Below are positions 49,965 through 59,798 of a stretch of DNA of 64,000 nucleotides, one piece after another. The notes below the pieces were generated by a model, which worked only from the letters and a program-made list of their open reading frames with translations, did no database searches and was not told where the DNA came from. Position 1 is the stretch's first letter; the number at the start of each line of letters is the position of its first letter. The DNA is from an uncultured virus (IMG/VR IMGVR_UViG_3300037067_004081) (Duplodnaviria; Heunggongvirae; Uroviricota; Caudoviricetes): the IMG/VR virus record IMGVR_UViG_3300037067_004081; one strand, 5' to 3'. The translations under genes and the position numbers were made by a program.

Positions 49965-50365
49965 CACTTGAGGGTTTCATAAAAGCTCTCAAGGTATATC
50001 TGGCTGGAGGTTCAAATGGCTGCTCTGATGAACCAAATTGGAAAAACATATTTCCTTATGTTGCCAAGCCCAATGATGATCCAGACAAAAAGGCTTATTG
50101 CAAAGCAGCTCTGGCAGAATTAAAGCCAGTATGCAAGAAGCTCTTGATGTCAGTAACAGCTTGTCACGGTTGTGAAAAGAATCCAGTGAAGGCAGAGAAG
50201 GCAGAGGACACAATGGCATATCAAATGTACGGTGGGCTGGTGGATACTATCGGGAAGATGGTTGATGCTGCCTCATTCAATATGCTTGACCTGTCAACTG
50301 TTGATGCGCTGGAATTTGATCTGATGAGATTGTACAGAAGAGCATCACAGCCACGGCTATTCTAA
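49952..50365 (+). CDS. -1 frameshift extension of the chaperone (gpGT-like)
   Basis: GGGAAAC at 49952-49958; -1 frame open to TAA at 50365 and includes track ORF 50144-50365. Confidence 0.75.
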   Translation, partial: GKRITLEGFIKALKVYLAGGSNGCSDEPNWKNIFPYVAKPNDDPDKKAYCKAALAELKPVCKKLLMSVTACHGCEKNPVKAEKAEDTMAYQMYGGLVDTIGKMVDAASFNMLDLSTVDALEFDLMRLYRRASQPRLF

Positions 50366-50375
50366 AGAGGTCATC

Positions 50376-53300
50376 ATGCCTGACTTATATTTCAAAGTTG
50401 GTGTTCAAGGTGGCAAGGCAACAATATCTGAATTGAACAATCTGGATGCTGCCTATCAAAAGGTGGGCAGCTCCAGCACCAAACATTTTCAGGAAGGCGA
50501 GAAAGCTGCCAGCGTGTTTGGTGGTTCATTGACCAACCTTAAACATATTGCAATCGGCCTGGGTGCTACATTCGGATTGATGGGTGGAGCATCCATGATT
50601 GAGCATTGGGTTGAAGGTGCGATGGAGGCTGAAAAGGTCTGGGCCAACGTCACCACGCTGCTCGATACCACCACAGAAGAGACAAAAGCACTATATCACG
50701 AGCTAAAAGGGGTCAGTTCTCAGCTTGGTACCACTGCTGAGCTGGCCCAGGGCATGTATTTCGCTCTGTCTGCTAACATAGCACCAGATAAAGCTGTAAA
50801 GTTTGTAGAAACGGCTGCAAAGTTTGGTAAAGCAGCGTTGGTGGACATTGCGACATCAACAGATTTGCTGACAACTGTCACCAATGCATATGGCTTGTCG
50901 GTTGAGCAGGCAGGTGAGGCTGCAGACAAACTGTTCCAAATGGTGAGAAAAGGAAAGACAACCGGCGCTGAATTGGCTGGGTCGCTGGGTATGGTTATCC
51001 CAACTGCAGCAGCGTTGAAGGTTGACATCAATCAGTTGGGTGCAGCATTCGTCACCATGACACAGATGGGTATCAATGCCCATATGGCAACAACTTCATT
51101 AAACCAGGCATTGGTGACATTCCTGAAGCCCACCAAGCAGGCGAAAGAACTTGCAAAGGAATATGGCATTGAGTTGACTGCTGATGCACTCAAATCCAAA
51201 GGACTTGCAAAGGCGATGGGTGAATTGGCCTTTGCTGTTCAGGATAATGATGAAGCAATTGCTACCATATTCGGCAACATCAGAGCAATGCGTGCAGCTA
51301 TGGCGCTGACAGGAAGCCAAGCAAAGGTATATGAAAAGACACTGATTGATCTTGCTGATGCTCACGGAACAGTTGATGTTGCCGTCAAGAAGCAGGTAGA
51401 AACAACTGGTGCCCAGCTTAGTGCACTATGGACCAATATTGCAAAAATCATGAAGGGTGTTGTCAACAGCGGCACTGGGCCATTGTTCAACTTCCTGACA
51501 GATCTGAATGGTGTATTTGAAAAAGGAAAGGCACCTGTTCACGCTCTGACATATGAGATCATACTGTTTGGGCTGGCGCTGACTGGCCTGAAGCTGGCAT
51601 CAACAATAAGTGATATGAAGAAGTTGACCATGACGTTTGGCATATTCACAACCTTCATGGATGCCAGAAAGGTGTTGGACTTTGGAAGCGCTCTGAAGCT
51701 CACACTGAATGGGATGGGATTGCTGGGCAAGGCAATAGCGGTTGTGGCTGTTGCTACTGCTGCATGGAGCTTCACCAGACTTATCATGGAAACATTTGAT
51801 CTTGATAAGAAGATGGAAAGCTTGTACAAGCGCATTGGCCTGTTCCAAGGCAGAGTTGCAGAAGCAACTGAACTGGCAAACAAAGGACTCCAGAAAGCTT
51901 CTGAGGCCATGAGCAAGAATGCTGAATCTGTTGCCATGGCAGCAAAGATGGGAGAAACCCTTGAGCGCAATGGCAGGAGTGCAGAGGAATGGGCTGCAGC
52001 TCTTGGCAGAGTAAGCATGGCTGTCAGCAAGGTCCATCAGGATGCTGCCAATGCTTCCCTGATAGCAGAGCTGACAAAGAAGTCTGCTGATTTGACTGCT
52101 CAATATGGGGACAAACTGAAGTTGCTCAATATAGATGTTACACGCGGCACAAGATCATTGAAGGATTGGAGTGATGTCATTGCTGAAGCGGCTGTGAAGG
52201 TCAAGCAAAAGATACCTCTTACAGAAGAGGAAAGACAGAAGGTCAAGGAGTTGGCAGAGGCTATGCACAAGGCTGTCAATCCTGCTGCAGAATTGGCTGA
52301 ACAATTATCCTTGCTGCAGAGAGCAGGAAAAGATGTGACTGGATTTGCCCATGCATATAGCAAGCAGATCCTTGATGCCATTGACTTGACAGAACAGATG
52401 AACGGGAAGGTGCCCAAATCCATATCAGCGTTGAAGGCTGAAGCCCAGGCATTTGAGGATGCAAAGCAGAAGGTTGCTGACCTGCAGGCAGAGAAAAAGA
52501 AGTTGAAGGATTTGAATGAGAAGGGGATTCCAAGAGCTATTGCTGGCATTGAGAACCCAGAGTTGCAGGCGAATGCAAGAGCATGGATTGAACATGCTGC
52601 TGCTGTAGCCAAATCAAAAGATGCTACCTTGACAGAATCAGAGGCCATCAATGTTGCCATTGAAAAGTTGAAATGGTATGATGGCATCGTCACCAAGAAC
52701 AAAGAGAATCTGAAAGAGCAGCTTGATGTCTGGATTGATCAGCATACCCAGATGGCAATCATGAAGAAGGATTATGATGAGCTGGGAATCAGTATGGACA
52801 AATCCACCCTGTTGATGGAAAAGGCATACAGGGATCAAAGAGATAAGGGCGCGATGTCCACAAAGGAGCAGACTGATGCCATATCGAACATGGTCAAAAC
52901 TACAGCAGAGCAGCACAGCAAGCTGAGTGCAGATGTTTTGAATGATCTGAATGACATGGCATTCGGCACCGATGTCAATGTGCGGGAAAAGATGCAGCCG
53001 GTTTGGGCAGAGTATTACAAGAGCCTGCGCACAGCGAATGGTCAATGGCCAGCTGAATACTCTCAGAAGTTGACAGAGGTGATGAAGGGCAATAACAGAC
53101 TTCTGAAGAAAGAGATGTTGCCTGCATGGAATGATTACATTGCCGCGATAAAGGCTGCATATGGCAAACTTCCTCCCAACATCGAAAAGATGGACAAGCA
53201 GATTCAAGCCCAGTTTGAGGATACTGCAGGCAAGATGGCAGAGGTTTGGAAAGAACAGGTGAGCACCATCTTCACTGACTTCAGCAAGGGTATTGCTGAT

Positions 53301-55859
53301 ATGATCTTTGAAGCCAAGTCTATGAGTGATGTCATTGTTGGCATCTTCAAAGAGTTTGGCAAGATGGTGATCAGAACCATAACTGAAACACTGATGAGCC
53401 CATTCAAAAAGATCCTGACTGATTTGGCTGGTGATCTCTCCAAATCGTTGACCAAGCTGCTGAAGAAATCCTCTGGTGGAGATACTGCCAGCGACACTGG
53501 TGGTGCTGGAGATGTTCTTGGTGGTGCTGGAGGCATCAGCGGCATATTCTCTATGTTCACCAAGAAGGGCAATGAAGGTGATAGTTCTATGGCTGATTTG
53601 TCATCTGTTACTGGTGGTGATTCTGGTGGCACAGGAACAGGCGCAGGCACTTCTAGTGGTGGATTCATGGGCATGGGAGATAAGGTTGGAAGCCTTGTTC
53701 AGACAGGATTGATGATGGGTGGATCCATGCTGGCCATGAGCGGGATATCCAATTGGAAGAGCAACAGCGTATCATCCTGGCTGAAGTCTGTTGGTGGTGG
53801 TGCAATGATCGGCACAGCTATAATGCCTGGGATTGGAACCATAGCTGGTGCAGCTGTTGGTGCTCTTGCAAAAGGAATTGGATCATTGGTAAGTTGGGCA
53901 AAGGGCAAGACCAATGCAGAGGCTGGCACTGATGAGATTGCTCGTGACTTTGGTGGAGTCAAGATGTCACAGGATTTGTACAGTCAGATGACATCATCAT
54001 TTGGGTTTGATCCGAATGGTGGCCAGCTTTGGAGGGCGCGCGGTGATGTCGCAGGTGGCCCACAGATGCTTGATCAGATATTCCAGCTTGCCAAACAGCA
54101 AGGCAAACTGAAGGCCATGTATGATGATATGAATACTGCCTGGAGCGGATTCCACAAGAACTTCACTGAAGGTCTGGAGATTGGTGAATTGACTGGCGAT
54201 TGGACCCAGCTGAATGAAGAGTGGAAGAAGTCAACATCATATGCAGACATGGTCAAACGCGGATTGAAGGCAGAAGCTGATGCCATGGTGATGGGTGGTG
54301 ATGCTGCCTTTGAAGCTGCTAAGCAATTCGAGACATATTATCAGGAAGCGCTGAAGACTGGCAGTGTGACAAAGGAGTTCACAAAATACATAGAAGACAA
54401 TAGATCAAAGTTGGAAGAGTATGCCAAGACATCAAACATCATGACAGGACAACTGGCCAAGATGGATCAGGTGATGGCAGAGATGAAACTGCATGCAGCC
54501 GATCTTGCTGGGCTTGAGAATCTCACCACTGGATTCCAGACATTGAAAGATGGATTGGAGGCATTTGCGCCTGCAATCAAATCCAGTCTTGATCTTTTCC
54601 TTGAGGATGGAGTCATCACAGAGGATCTGAGACAGAAGATTGAGAAGCTTGGCGGCAGCGTGGCAGACTTTGAAACGCTGGCAGGATCACTCAAGACATC
54701 CAACTATTTCGGCACCCTTGTTGCTCAGTTCAAGGAGACAGGCGAAGTGCTGCCTGATTTGAAGGTGTTGTTCTCTGAGTTTGGTGGCAGTCTTGATGAG
54801 CTCAAAAAGGCTTCTGAACTGAAGGATCTGAAAACTGCTGCAACTGGGCTCACTGAATTCGCAAGTGGGATAAAGGAATTGATACCTGAGACAACCGGAT
54901 TGCAGGATGCTTTGAATGGCATATATGATGCCCAAAAGCTTTCTGCTCAGGGATTGGATGCAGGAATGTTCAAGAGCATAACCAATATCATCGGTGCTAT
55001 GGGCAAGTGGGATGCTGCTGTTGCAGACTTCCAACAGACAGGAAGGTTGACTGAAGGTGGTATCCCAGAGGTGGCCAGACAGGTGATGGATGCTGCTGGG
55101 CTGACATCAGGACAGCTTGACAAGGTTGAAGCGCTGTTCAGCGGAAACACCAAGAAGCTTACATCAAGCGGCAAGCTGATCACTGATATGCTCACCCAGT
55201 ATGGTGGCGCAGAAGGCCAGCATGCGGTGGATATGATGAAGTCAGGATTCAATGTTGTCACCTCTGATCTGTTGGCATCAACCAAGACCAACATGGATAA
55301 TGCCTACAAGACAGAAAGAGAAAAAGTGCTTGGCTACATTGAACAACAGCAGAATGAAATCCTTGAAAGATCCAATGCTATTGAGACTGCAATTGAATCT
55401 CAATTCCAGATTGTCAGCGAGAATATCACAGCAGCTTTCGTGAGAGCAAGAGAGGCTGTCATCCCACAACTTGATGCTATCTTGACCAAGATTGAAGATA
55501 TCACCAAGGCAACTATCGGTTTGGGAACTGCTCCTGCTGGAACACCAAGCGCTTCAGATATTCTGAACACCACCACAACAACATCGAGTGGAGTGGCCGC
55601 GCTTGACTTCTCTCAGTTGATGACTGATCTGCAAGGCAGCAATGCAGACATGATGGCGAAATTTTCAGATGCTGTTAGCAACCTGAGTGCTGAGGTTGTT
55701 GCTGCCAAGGATGAGGCAGAGAGCAAGCCCAAAGTTATTCAGTTGAATCTCAACATCGAGAATAATGGCAACATATATCAGAATGATCTTGAAACCAGAG
55801 TGCTGCAGATTATGAAGGATGCACTGGCTGGTGGCGGGTTCACAGGGGTGGTACAATGA
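50376..55859 (+). CDS. Tape measure protein (TP901-like core)
   Basis: 1827 aa helical, Ala-rich; GKTTGAELAGSLG, FGNIRA. Confidence 0.92.
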   Translation: MPDLYFKVGVQGGKATISELNNLDAAYQKVGSSSTKHFQEGEKAASVFGGSLTNLKHIAIGLGATFGLMGGASMIEHWVEGAMEAEKVWANVTTLLDTTTEETKALYHELKGVSSQLGTTAELAQGMYFALSANIAPDKAVKFVETAAKFGKAALVDIATSTDLLTTVTNAYGLSVEQAGEAADKLFQMVRKGKTTGAELAGSLGMVIPTAAALKVDINQLGAAFVTMTQMGINAHMATTSLNQALVTFLKPTKQAKELAKEYGIELTADALKSKGLAKAMGELAFAVQDNDEAIATIFGNIRAMRAAMALTGSQAKVYEKTLIDLADAHGTVDVAVKKQVETTGAQLSALWTNIAKIMKGVVNSGTGPLFNFLTDLNGVFEKGKAPVHALTYEIILFGLALTGLKLASTISDMKKLTMTFGIFTTFMDARKVLDFGSALKLTLNGMGLLGKAIAVVAVATAAWSFTRLIMETFDLDKKMESLYKRIGLFQGRVAEATELANKGLQKASEAMSKNAESVAMAAKMGETLERNGRSAEEWAAALGRVSMAVSKVHQDAANASLIAELTKKSADLTAQYGDKLKLLNIDVTRGTRSLKDWSDVIAEAAVKVKQKIPLTEEERQKVKELAEAMHKAVNPAAELAEQLSLLQRAGKDVTGFAHAYSKQILDAIDLTEQMNGKVPKSISALKAEAQAFEDAKQKVADLQAEKKKLKDLNEKGIPRAIAGIENPELQANARAWIEHAAAVAKSKDATLTESEAINVAIEKLKWYDGIVTKNKENLKEQLDVWIDQHTQMAIMKKDYDELGISMDKSTLLMEKAYRDQRDKGAMSTKEQTDAISNMVKTTAEQHSKLSADVLNDLNDMAFGTDVNVREKMQPVWAEYYKSLRTANGQWPAEYSQKLTEVMKGNNRLLKKEMLPAWNDYIAAIKAAYGKLPPNIEKMDKQIQAQFEDTAGKMAEVWKEQVSTIFTDFSKGIADMIFEAKSMSDVIVGIFKEFGKMVIRTITETLMSPFKKILTDLAGDLSKSLTKLLKKSSGGDTASDTGGAGDVLGGAGGISGIFSMFTKKGNEGDSSMADLSSVTGGDSGGTGTGAGTSSGGFMGMGDKVGSLVQTGLMMGGSMLAMSGISNWKSNSVSSWLKSVGGGAMIGTAIMPGIGTIAGAAVGALAKGIGSLVSWAKGKTNAEAGTDEIARDFGGVKMSQDLYSQMTSSFGFDPNGGQLWRARGDVAGGPQMLDQIFQLAKQQGKLKAMYDDMNTAWSGFHKNFTEGLEIGELTGDWTQLNEEWKKSTSYADMVKRGLKAEADAMVMGGDAAFEAAKQFETYYQEALKTGSVTKEFTKYIEDNRSKLEEYAKTSNIMTGQLAKMDQVMAEMKLHAADLAGLENLTTGFQTLKDGLEAFAPAIKSSLDLFLEDGVITEDLRQKIEKLGGSVADFETLAGSLKTSNYFGTLVAQFKETGEVLPDLKVLFSEFGGSLDELKKASELKDLKTAATGLTEFASGIKELIPETTGLQDALNGIYDAQKLSAQGLDAGMFKSITNIIGAMGKWDAAVADFQQTGRLTEGGIPEVARQVMDAAGLTSGQLDKVEALFSGNTKKLTSSGKLITDMLTQYGGAEGQHAVDMMKSGFNVVTSDLLASTKTNMDNAYKTEREKVLGYIEQQQNEILERSNAIETAIESQFQIVSENITAAFVRAREAVIPQLDAILTKIEDITKATIGLGTAPAGTPSASDILNTTTTTSSGVAALDFSQLMTDLQGSNADMMAKFSDAVSNLSAEVVAAKDEAESKPKVIQLNLNIENNGNIYQNDLETRVLQIMKDALAGGGFTGVVQ

Positions 55860-58800
55860 CAGTCTGGGCAGATTACAAGCTGTATGTAGACTGGGATAAT
55901 GATTTGCTATTCGCAAATGCCTATTCTGATATCACCGCTGATTGGCAGGGTGATCTGACCTTCACTCGTGGTCGTGATCGCAACTCACAGCTGGTGGGCA
56001 GGAGTGTTGCTGGCACTATCAATGTTCAGCTTAACAACTTTGCAAGGAAGTATTCAAAATTCAATTCTGCCAGCCCAATCTATGGTGACATCAAACCAGG
56101 CAGAGCTATCAAGCTCACCATGAAGATTGGAACAGGATCAGAAGTGACTATCTGTTATGGTGTGCTGAGAAACATCACAACAGAAGGTGGAGCGCAGAGG
56201 CAGGATTACACAGCCAACCTGACTGGCATTGGAATTCTTGGTGTCTTCAAAAAGACAAACAAGGTCAACATCCCTATGCAGACTGCCATCAAATCAGGCA
56301 CAGCTGCAGATATTGTTTTGGATCAGATTGGCTGGGCTGATTCGGCAAGATTGATTGATGATGGCCAATCAACATTGGTAAGATTTTGGACAGGTGGAGA
56401 GATTGATGCACTCCAGGCCTTGCGTGACATAGAGGACACAGAGGCAGGATTCATCAGAGAGAGCAAGGATGGCAAGCTGATATTTGAAGACAGGGCGCAC
56501 CGCTTTGCATCACCGCACACCGTCTCACAGGCCACCTATACTCACACACCTGGCAGCGCCATCACCTATAAAGAGATTCATCCAGTTGACACCATGGATG
56601 ATATATATAATGTGGTGACTGCAAGGATCAGGACATTCAACCTGAGTGAAGAAAAACAGATCATCTCTCTAGTTGATCTCTATGACCTGACTGGCAACAC
56701 TGGTGATCCTATTGCAATTGGTGTTGGTGAGACCATAAGCATCGAGTTGAAGTTCCCAACCAAGAACTCTGGCACAAATGAAATATCTGTTTCGAGCTGG
56801 GAGACTATCACCTATGAAGCCAACAGCGCTATTGATGCAGAGGGCACAGATGTAACTGTTGACATAGTTCCTGTTGATGGAGCTGGCGTCCAGATATCAG
56901 CAGAAAATGAAAATCTTGACTATGGCAAGTTTGACAACAAGAGATATCTGAATTTCAGGAATGATTCAGGAGCAACAGCCTATTTGGTAGTGCTCAAGGC
57001 TGATGCCATTCTGGTGATTGAAGGTGATGGCTATGAAGTAAGTTCAAGAGATGATACCAGCATTGGTGATTACAATCTTGAAAGCACATACCCTTTCCCT
57101 GGCAAATATATCACATCACCAGAGGAAGGTCAGGCATTCTGTGACTACTTTGTTGCTCTGTATAAAGACCCTAGAATGGCTGTTGATGTGGTCATTGAAG
57201 GCTGCATGGCCACAGCACACCTGACAGAGATTCAAACAAGAGATATTTCTGACAGAGTAACCATAATCAATGATGAAGGCATGAGCGGGGATTATTTCAT
57301 TGAGAATGAACGGCACCGGATAGTCAAGAATGGTGTGCACGATGTCACATATCTCTGCTCTCAGGTTGCTGGCACTTCCTGGGCTGCAAGCAATGTCACC
57401 TATACTCCAAAAGAAGTGCCTGATGTCAGCACAGATGTTCCTGATCAGCTGATTTGGACAAATGCTTTGCCCATGACATCATCTGTGCTGTTCCTTTGCG
57501 GCGCTGAGAAGTGGAATGCCAATATTGACAAGGCTGAATTCAGAGCAAAACGAATCACCCCAGGGACTACAGTATTGAGTGTTGATTTGCGGACACCATC
57601 AGAGAATGGGACATTTGCTCACAACGGAACAGATAGCTTTATTGTTGAGGATATATTTGCTGACTGGCGTGGATTCAGATATGAACACTTCTATGGTAAT
57701 TATTCTGGCATCTGGTATTGGGCAATTAGACTGCACAATGATAAAGGTTGGAGCAACTGGACAGATGGCAACAAAGATCCTCAATATGTTGTTGATAATA
57801 TCAACACTGAAGCCACTGCTCTGTTTGATATCGGACCACCGGCTGACTGGGACATAACGCTGAATGCTGGGGTGCAGTCAGGAACTGCTGTTGTGATGGT
57901 GACCAGACCAAGAACAAACGGCAACCGGATAATGTCAATTGCCTTCCAGATCAGGGATGCCACCTCTGGTGCCTGGCGGAATATTGATGCGGATACTGGT
58001 GCAGCAGATACTCTGTATGATGGATCTGAAATCAACCATACTTATAACCCGATCACAGGAGTGTTGCGAAAGGATTCAGGCACCTATGGAGATGCTGCAA
58101 CCTATGGTGGATTGATGCTGATTGATGTCCGTAGTGATGCCTTTGATCATCGCTGCTGCATATGGCGGGAAGTATCGCCTGATCAATTTGATGGGGCAAA
58201 CATCACAGGCATACAGGCATTTGCTGCAGCCTTCTCCATCAATGCCAATAGCGAATACAACAAACTGAGGATCAGGATTGTCAGAGCGCCATGGACATGG
58301 AATGCCGCTGCACCTGTAGCCAACCTTGATGGCTTTCTGGCTGGTGCAGGATTCTCTTCGAGAGGGTTTGTTTCAGCAGAGCAAATTGGTGATATTGATT
58401 CTGACAACTTCATCAGTATGCCATTCACAATTCCAACAGGCAAGACTCTTGGTGATCTGGGTGCCAGGGTGTGGTTTGAGAACACATACAGCATATCAGA
58501 TGATGAGAACACCACCATATCAACAGTTGATGCTGTTACCCAGTCTGTTCAGATTCCAATCATCCTGCATGCTACAGCTGCAGGAAGTCCACCGGCTGCT
58601 GGCGAAATAGCGATGGTCAGGATACCTTGTAATATGCACCTTGAAGGTGTGACCATACTTGCTGATGTCTCTGGTGATATTTCATTTGATATTAAGATGG
58701 GATCATTTGCAGACTATCCAACAAACACCACAATAGTAAGTGGCACTCTGGGTATGACTGGTGCACAAAAGTATCAGGATTTCACCTTGACTGGATGGAC

Positions 58801-59797
58801 AAGGAATTTGATCAAGGATGATTGTTTGGTGCTTTCTGTCAAGGCAGGAGCAGCAACCATAACAAAAGCAACATTGACTCTTTATTGCACCAAGACACAG
58901 GCTGTCGGAATAGGATCAACCCCAGGCGGAGTTGAACTGCCTGAACCTTGGGCATATTGGTCAATGGATGAGATATCAACATTTGATATTGTTGGTGGCC
59001 CATCAATCTGGTGGGAAGGTCTTGGGCCTTCAGGCAGAGGAAGATATATTTGGATCAAGCACACATATCAGATTGCTGGTGATGTTGAGAGTCTGGCCAA
59101 TGGTGATGCTTATGGGCCCATATATATCCCACCTCTCAAGGCCATCAATGGATTCTGGAAATCAGCATCAAGAACAATTGGTGTTGGTGCATGGGCTGGT
59201 GGTGGTGCTGGTACTCATTTTTATGATGACTCCTATGCGCTGCAGAATGTTCGGTTGATTGGATACAAGATCTGGACAAACTCTGTTGATGGTGGTCCTG
59301 TTGGGATAAAGGGCTGGCAAGCAATCTATAGAGATTCTGCTGGTGCCACAGTATATGGGACAATCAGAGGAACAACATCTGGTGAAACAGAGAACCAATT
59401 CATCATGGATGATGATGAATATATCACAGGCATCAAAGGATATCATGGATGGAATGATCAGTCTGCATTCAAGCAGAAGATCATCCAGTTGGAATTTGTT
59501 ACCAATCTTGGATCATATAAATATGGATCAGCATATGACACAGCATTCACCATCAATGTTCCAACAGGACCAACAGGACAGGCTTACACCTTTGCTGGTC
59601 TGCATGGGTCTTATGCTGGTGATCCAAGAGCCATGCGAGTTGTTGGCATCCTTTATTATATTGACACCTATAATTCTGCTGATGTGATTCCTGATGATGT
59701 GACTGCTTGGAATCTTTATACCAGTGAAGATGGTGAAACCTATACAAAGAGCAATGCTGTAGCTCTTGGTTTATCTGCGATATTTCAGGAGACATAA
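55856..59797 (+). CDS. Tail tip/hub protein with jacalin-like lectin domain near the C-terminus
   Basis: Follows TMP; TRGRD...AGT, EAGFI...GKLIFEDR, DISDRVTI; jacalin-like GGGAGTHF...EYITGIKGYHG...LEFVTN...FAGLHG. Confidence 0.75.
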   Translation: MTVWADYKLYVDWDNDLLFANAYSDITADWQGDLTFTRGRDRNSQLVGRSVAGTINVQLNNFARKYSKFNSASPIYGDIKPGRAIKLTMKIGTGSEVTICYGVLRNITTEGGAQRQDYTANLTGIGILGVFKKTNKVNIPMQTAIKSGTAADIVLDQIGWADSARLIDDGQSTLVRFWTGGEIDALQALRDIEDTEAGFIRESKDGKLIFEDRAHRFASPHTVSQATYTHTPGSAITYKEIHPVDTMDDIYNVVTARIRTFNLSEEKQIISLVDLYDLTGNTGDPIAIGVGETISIELKFPTKNSGTNEISVSSWETITYEANSAIDAEGTDVTVDIVPVDGAGVQISAENENLDYGKFDNKRYLNFRNDSGATAYLVVLKADAILVIEGDGYEVSSRDDTSIGDYNLESTYPFPGKYITSPEEGQAFCDYFVALYKDPRMAVDVVIEGCMATAHLTEIQTRDISDRVTIINDEGMSGDYFIENERHRIVKNGVHDVTYLCSQVAGTSWAASNVTYTPKEVPDVSTDVPDQLIWTNALPMTSSVLFLCGAEKWNANIDKAEFRAKRITPGTTVLSVDLRTPSENGTFAHNGTDSFIVEDIFADWRGFRYEHFYGNYSGIWYWAIRLHNDKGWSNWTDGNKDPQYVVDNINTEATALFDIGPPADWDITLNAGVQSGTAVVMVTRPRTNGNRIMSIAFQIRDATSGAWRNIDADTGAADTLYDGSEINHTYNPITGVLRKDSGTYGDAATYGGLMLIDVRSDAFDHRCCIWREVSPDQFDGANITGIQAFAAAFSINANSEYNKLRIRIVRAPWTWNAAAPVANLDGFLAGAGFSSRGFVSAEQIGDIDSDNFISMPFTIPTGKTLGDLGARVWFENTYSISDDENTTISTVDAVTQSVQIPIILHATAAGSPPAAGEIAMVRIPCNMHLEGVTILADVSGDISFDIKMGSFADYPTNTTIVSGTLGMTGAQKYQDFTLTGWTRNLIKDDCLVLSVKAGAATITKATLTLYCTKTQAVGIGSTPGGVELPEPWAYWSMDEISTFDIVGGPSIWWEGLGPSGRGRYIWIKHTYQIAGDVESLANGDAYGPIYIPPLKAINGFWKSASRTIGVGAWAGGGAGTHFYDDSYALQNVRLIGYKIWTNSVDGGPVGIKGWQAIYRDSAGATVYGTIRGTTSGETENQFIMDDDEYITGIKGYHGWNDQSAFKQKIIQLEFVTNLGSYKYGSAYDTAFTINVPTGPTGQAYTFAGLHGSYAGDPRAMRVVGILYYIDTYNSADVIPDDVTAWNLYTSEDGETYTKSNAVALGLSAIFQET

Positions 59798-59798
59798 A

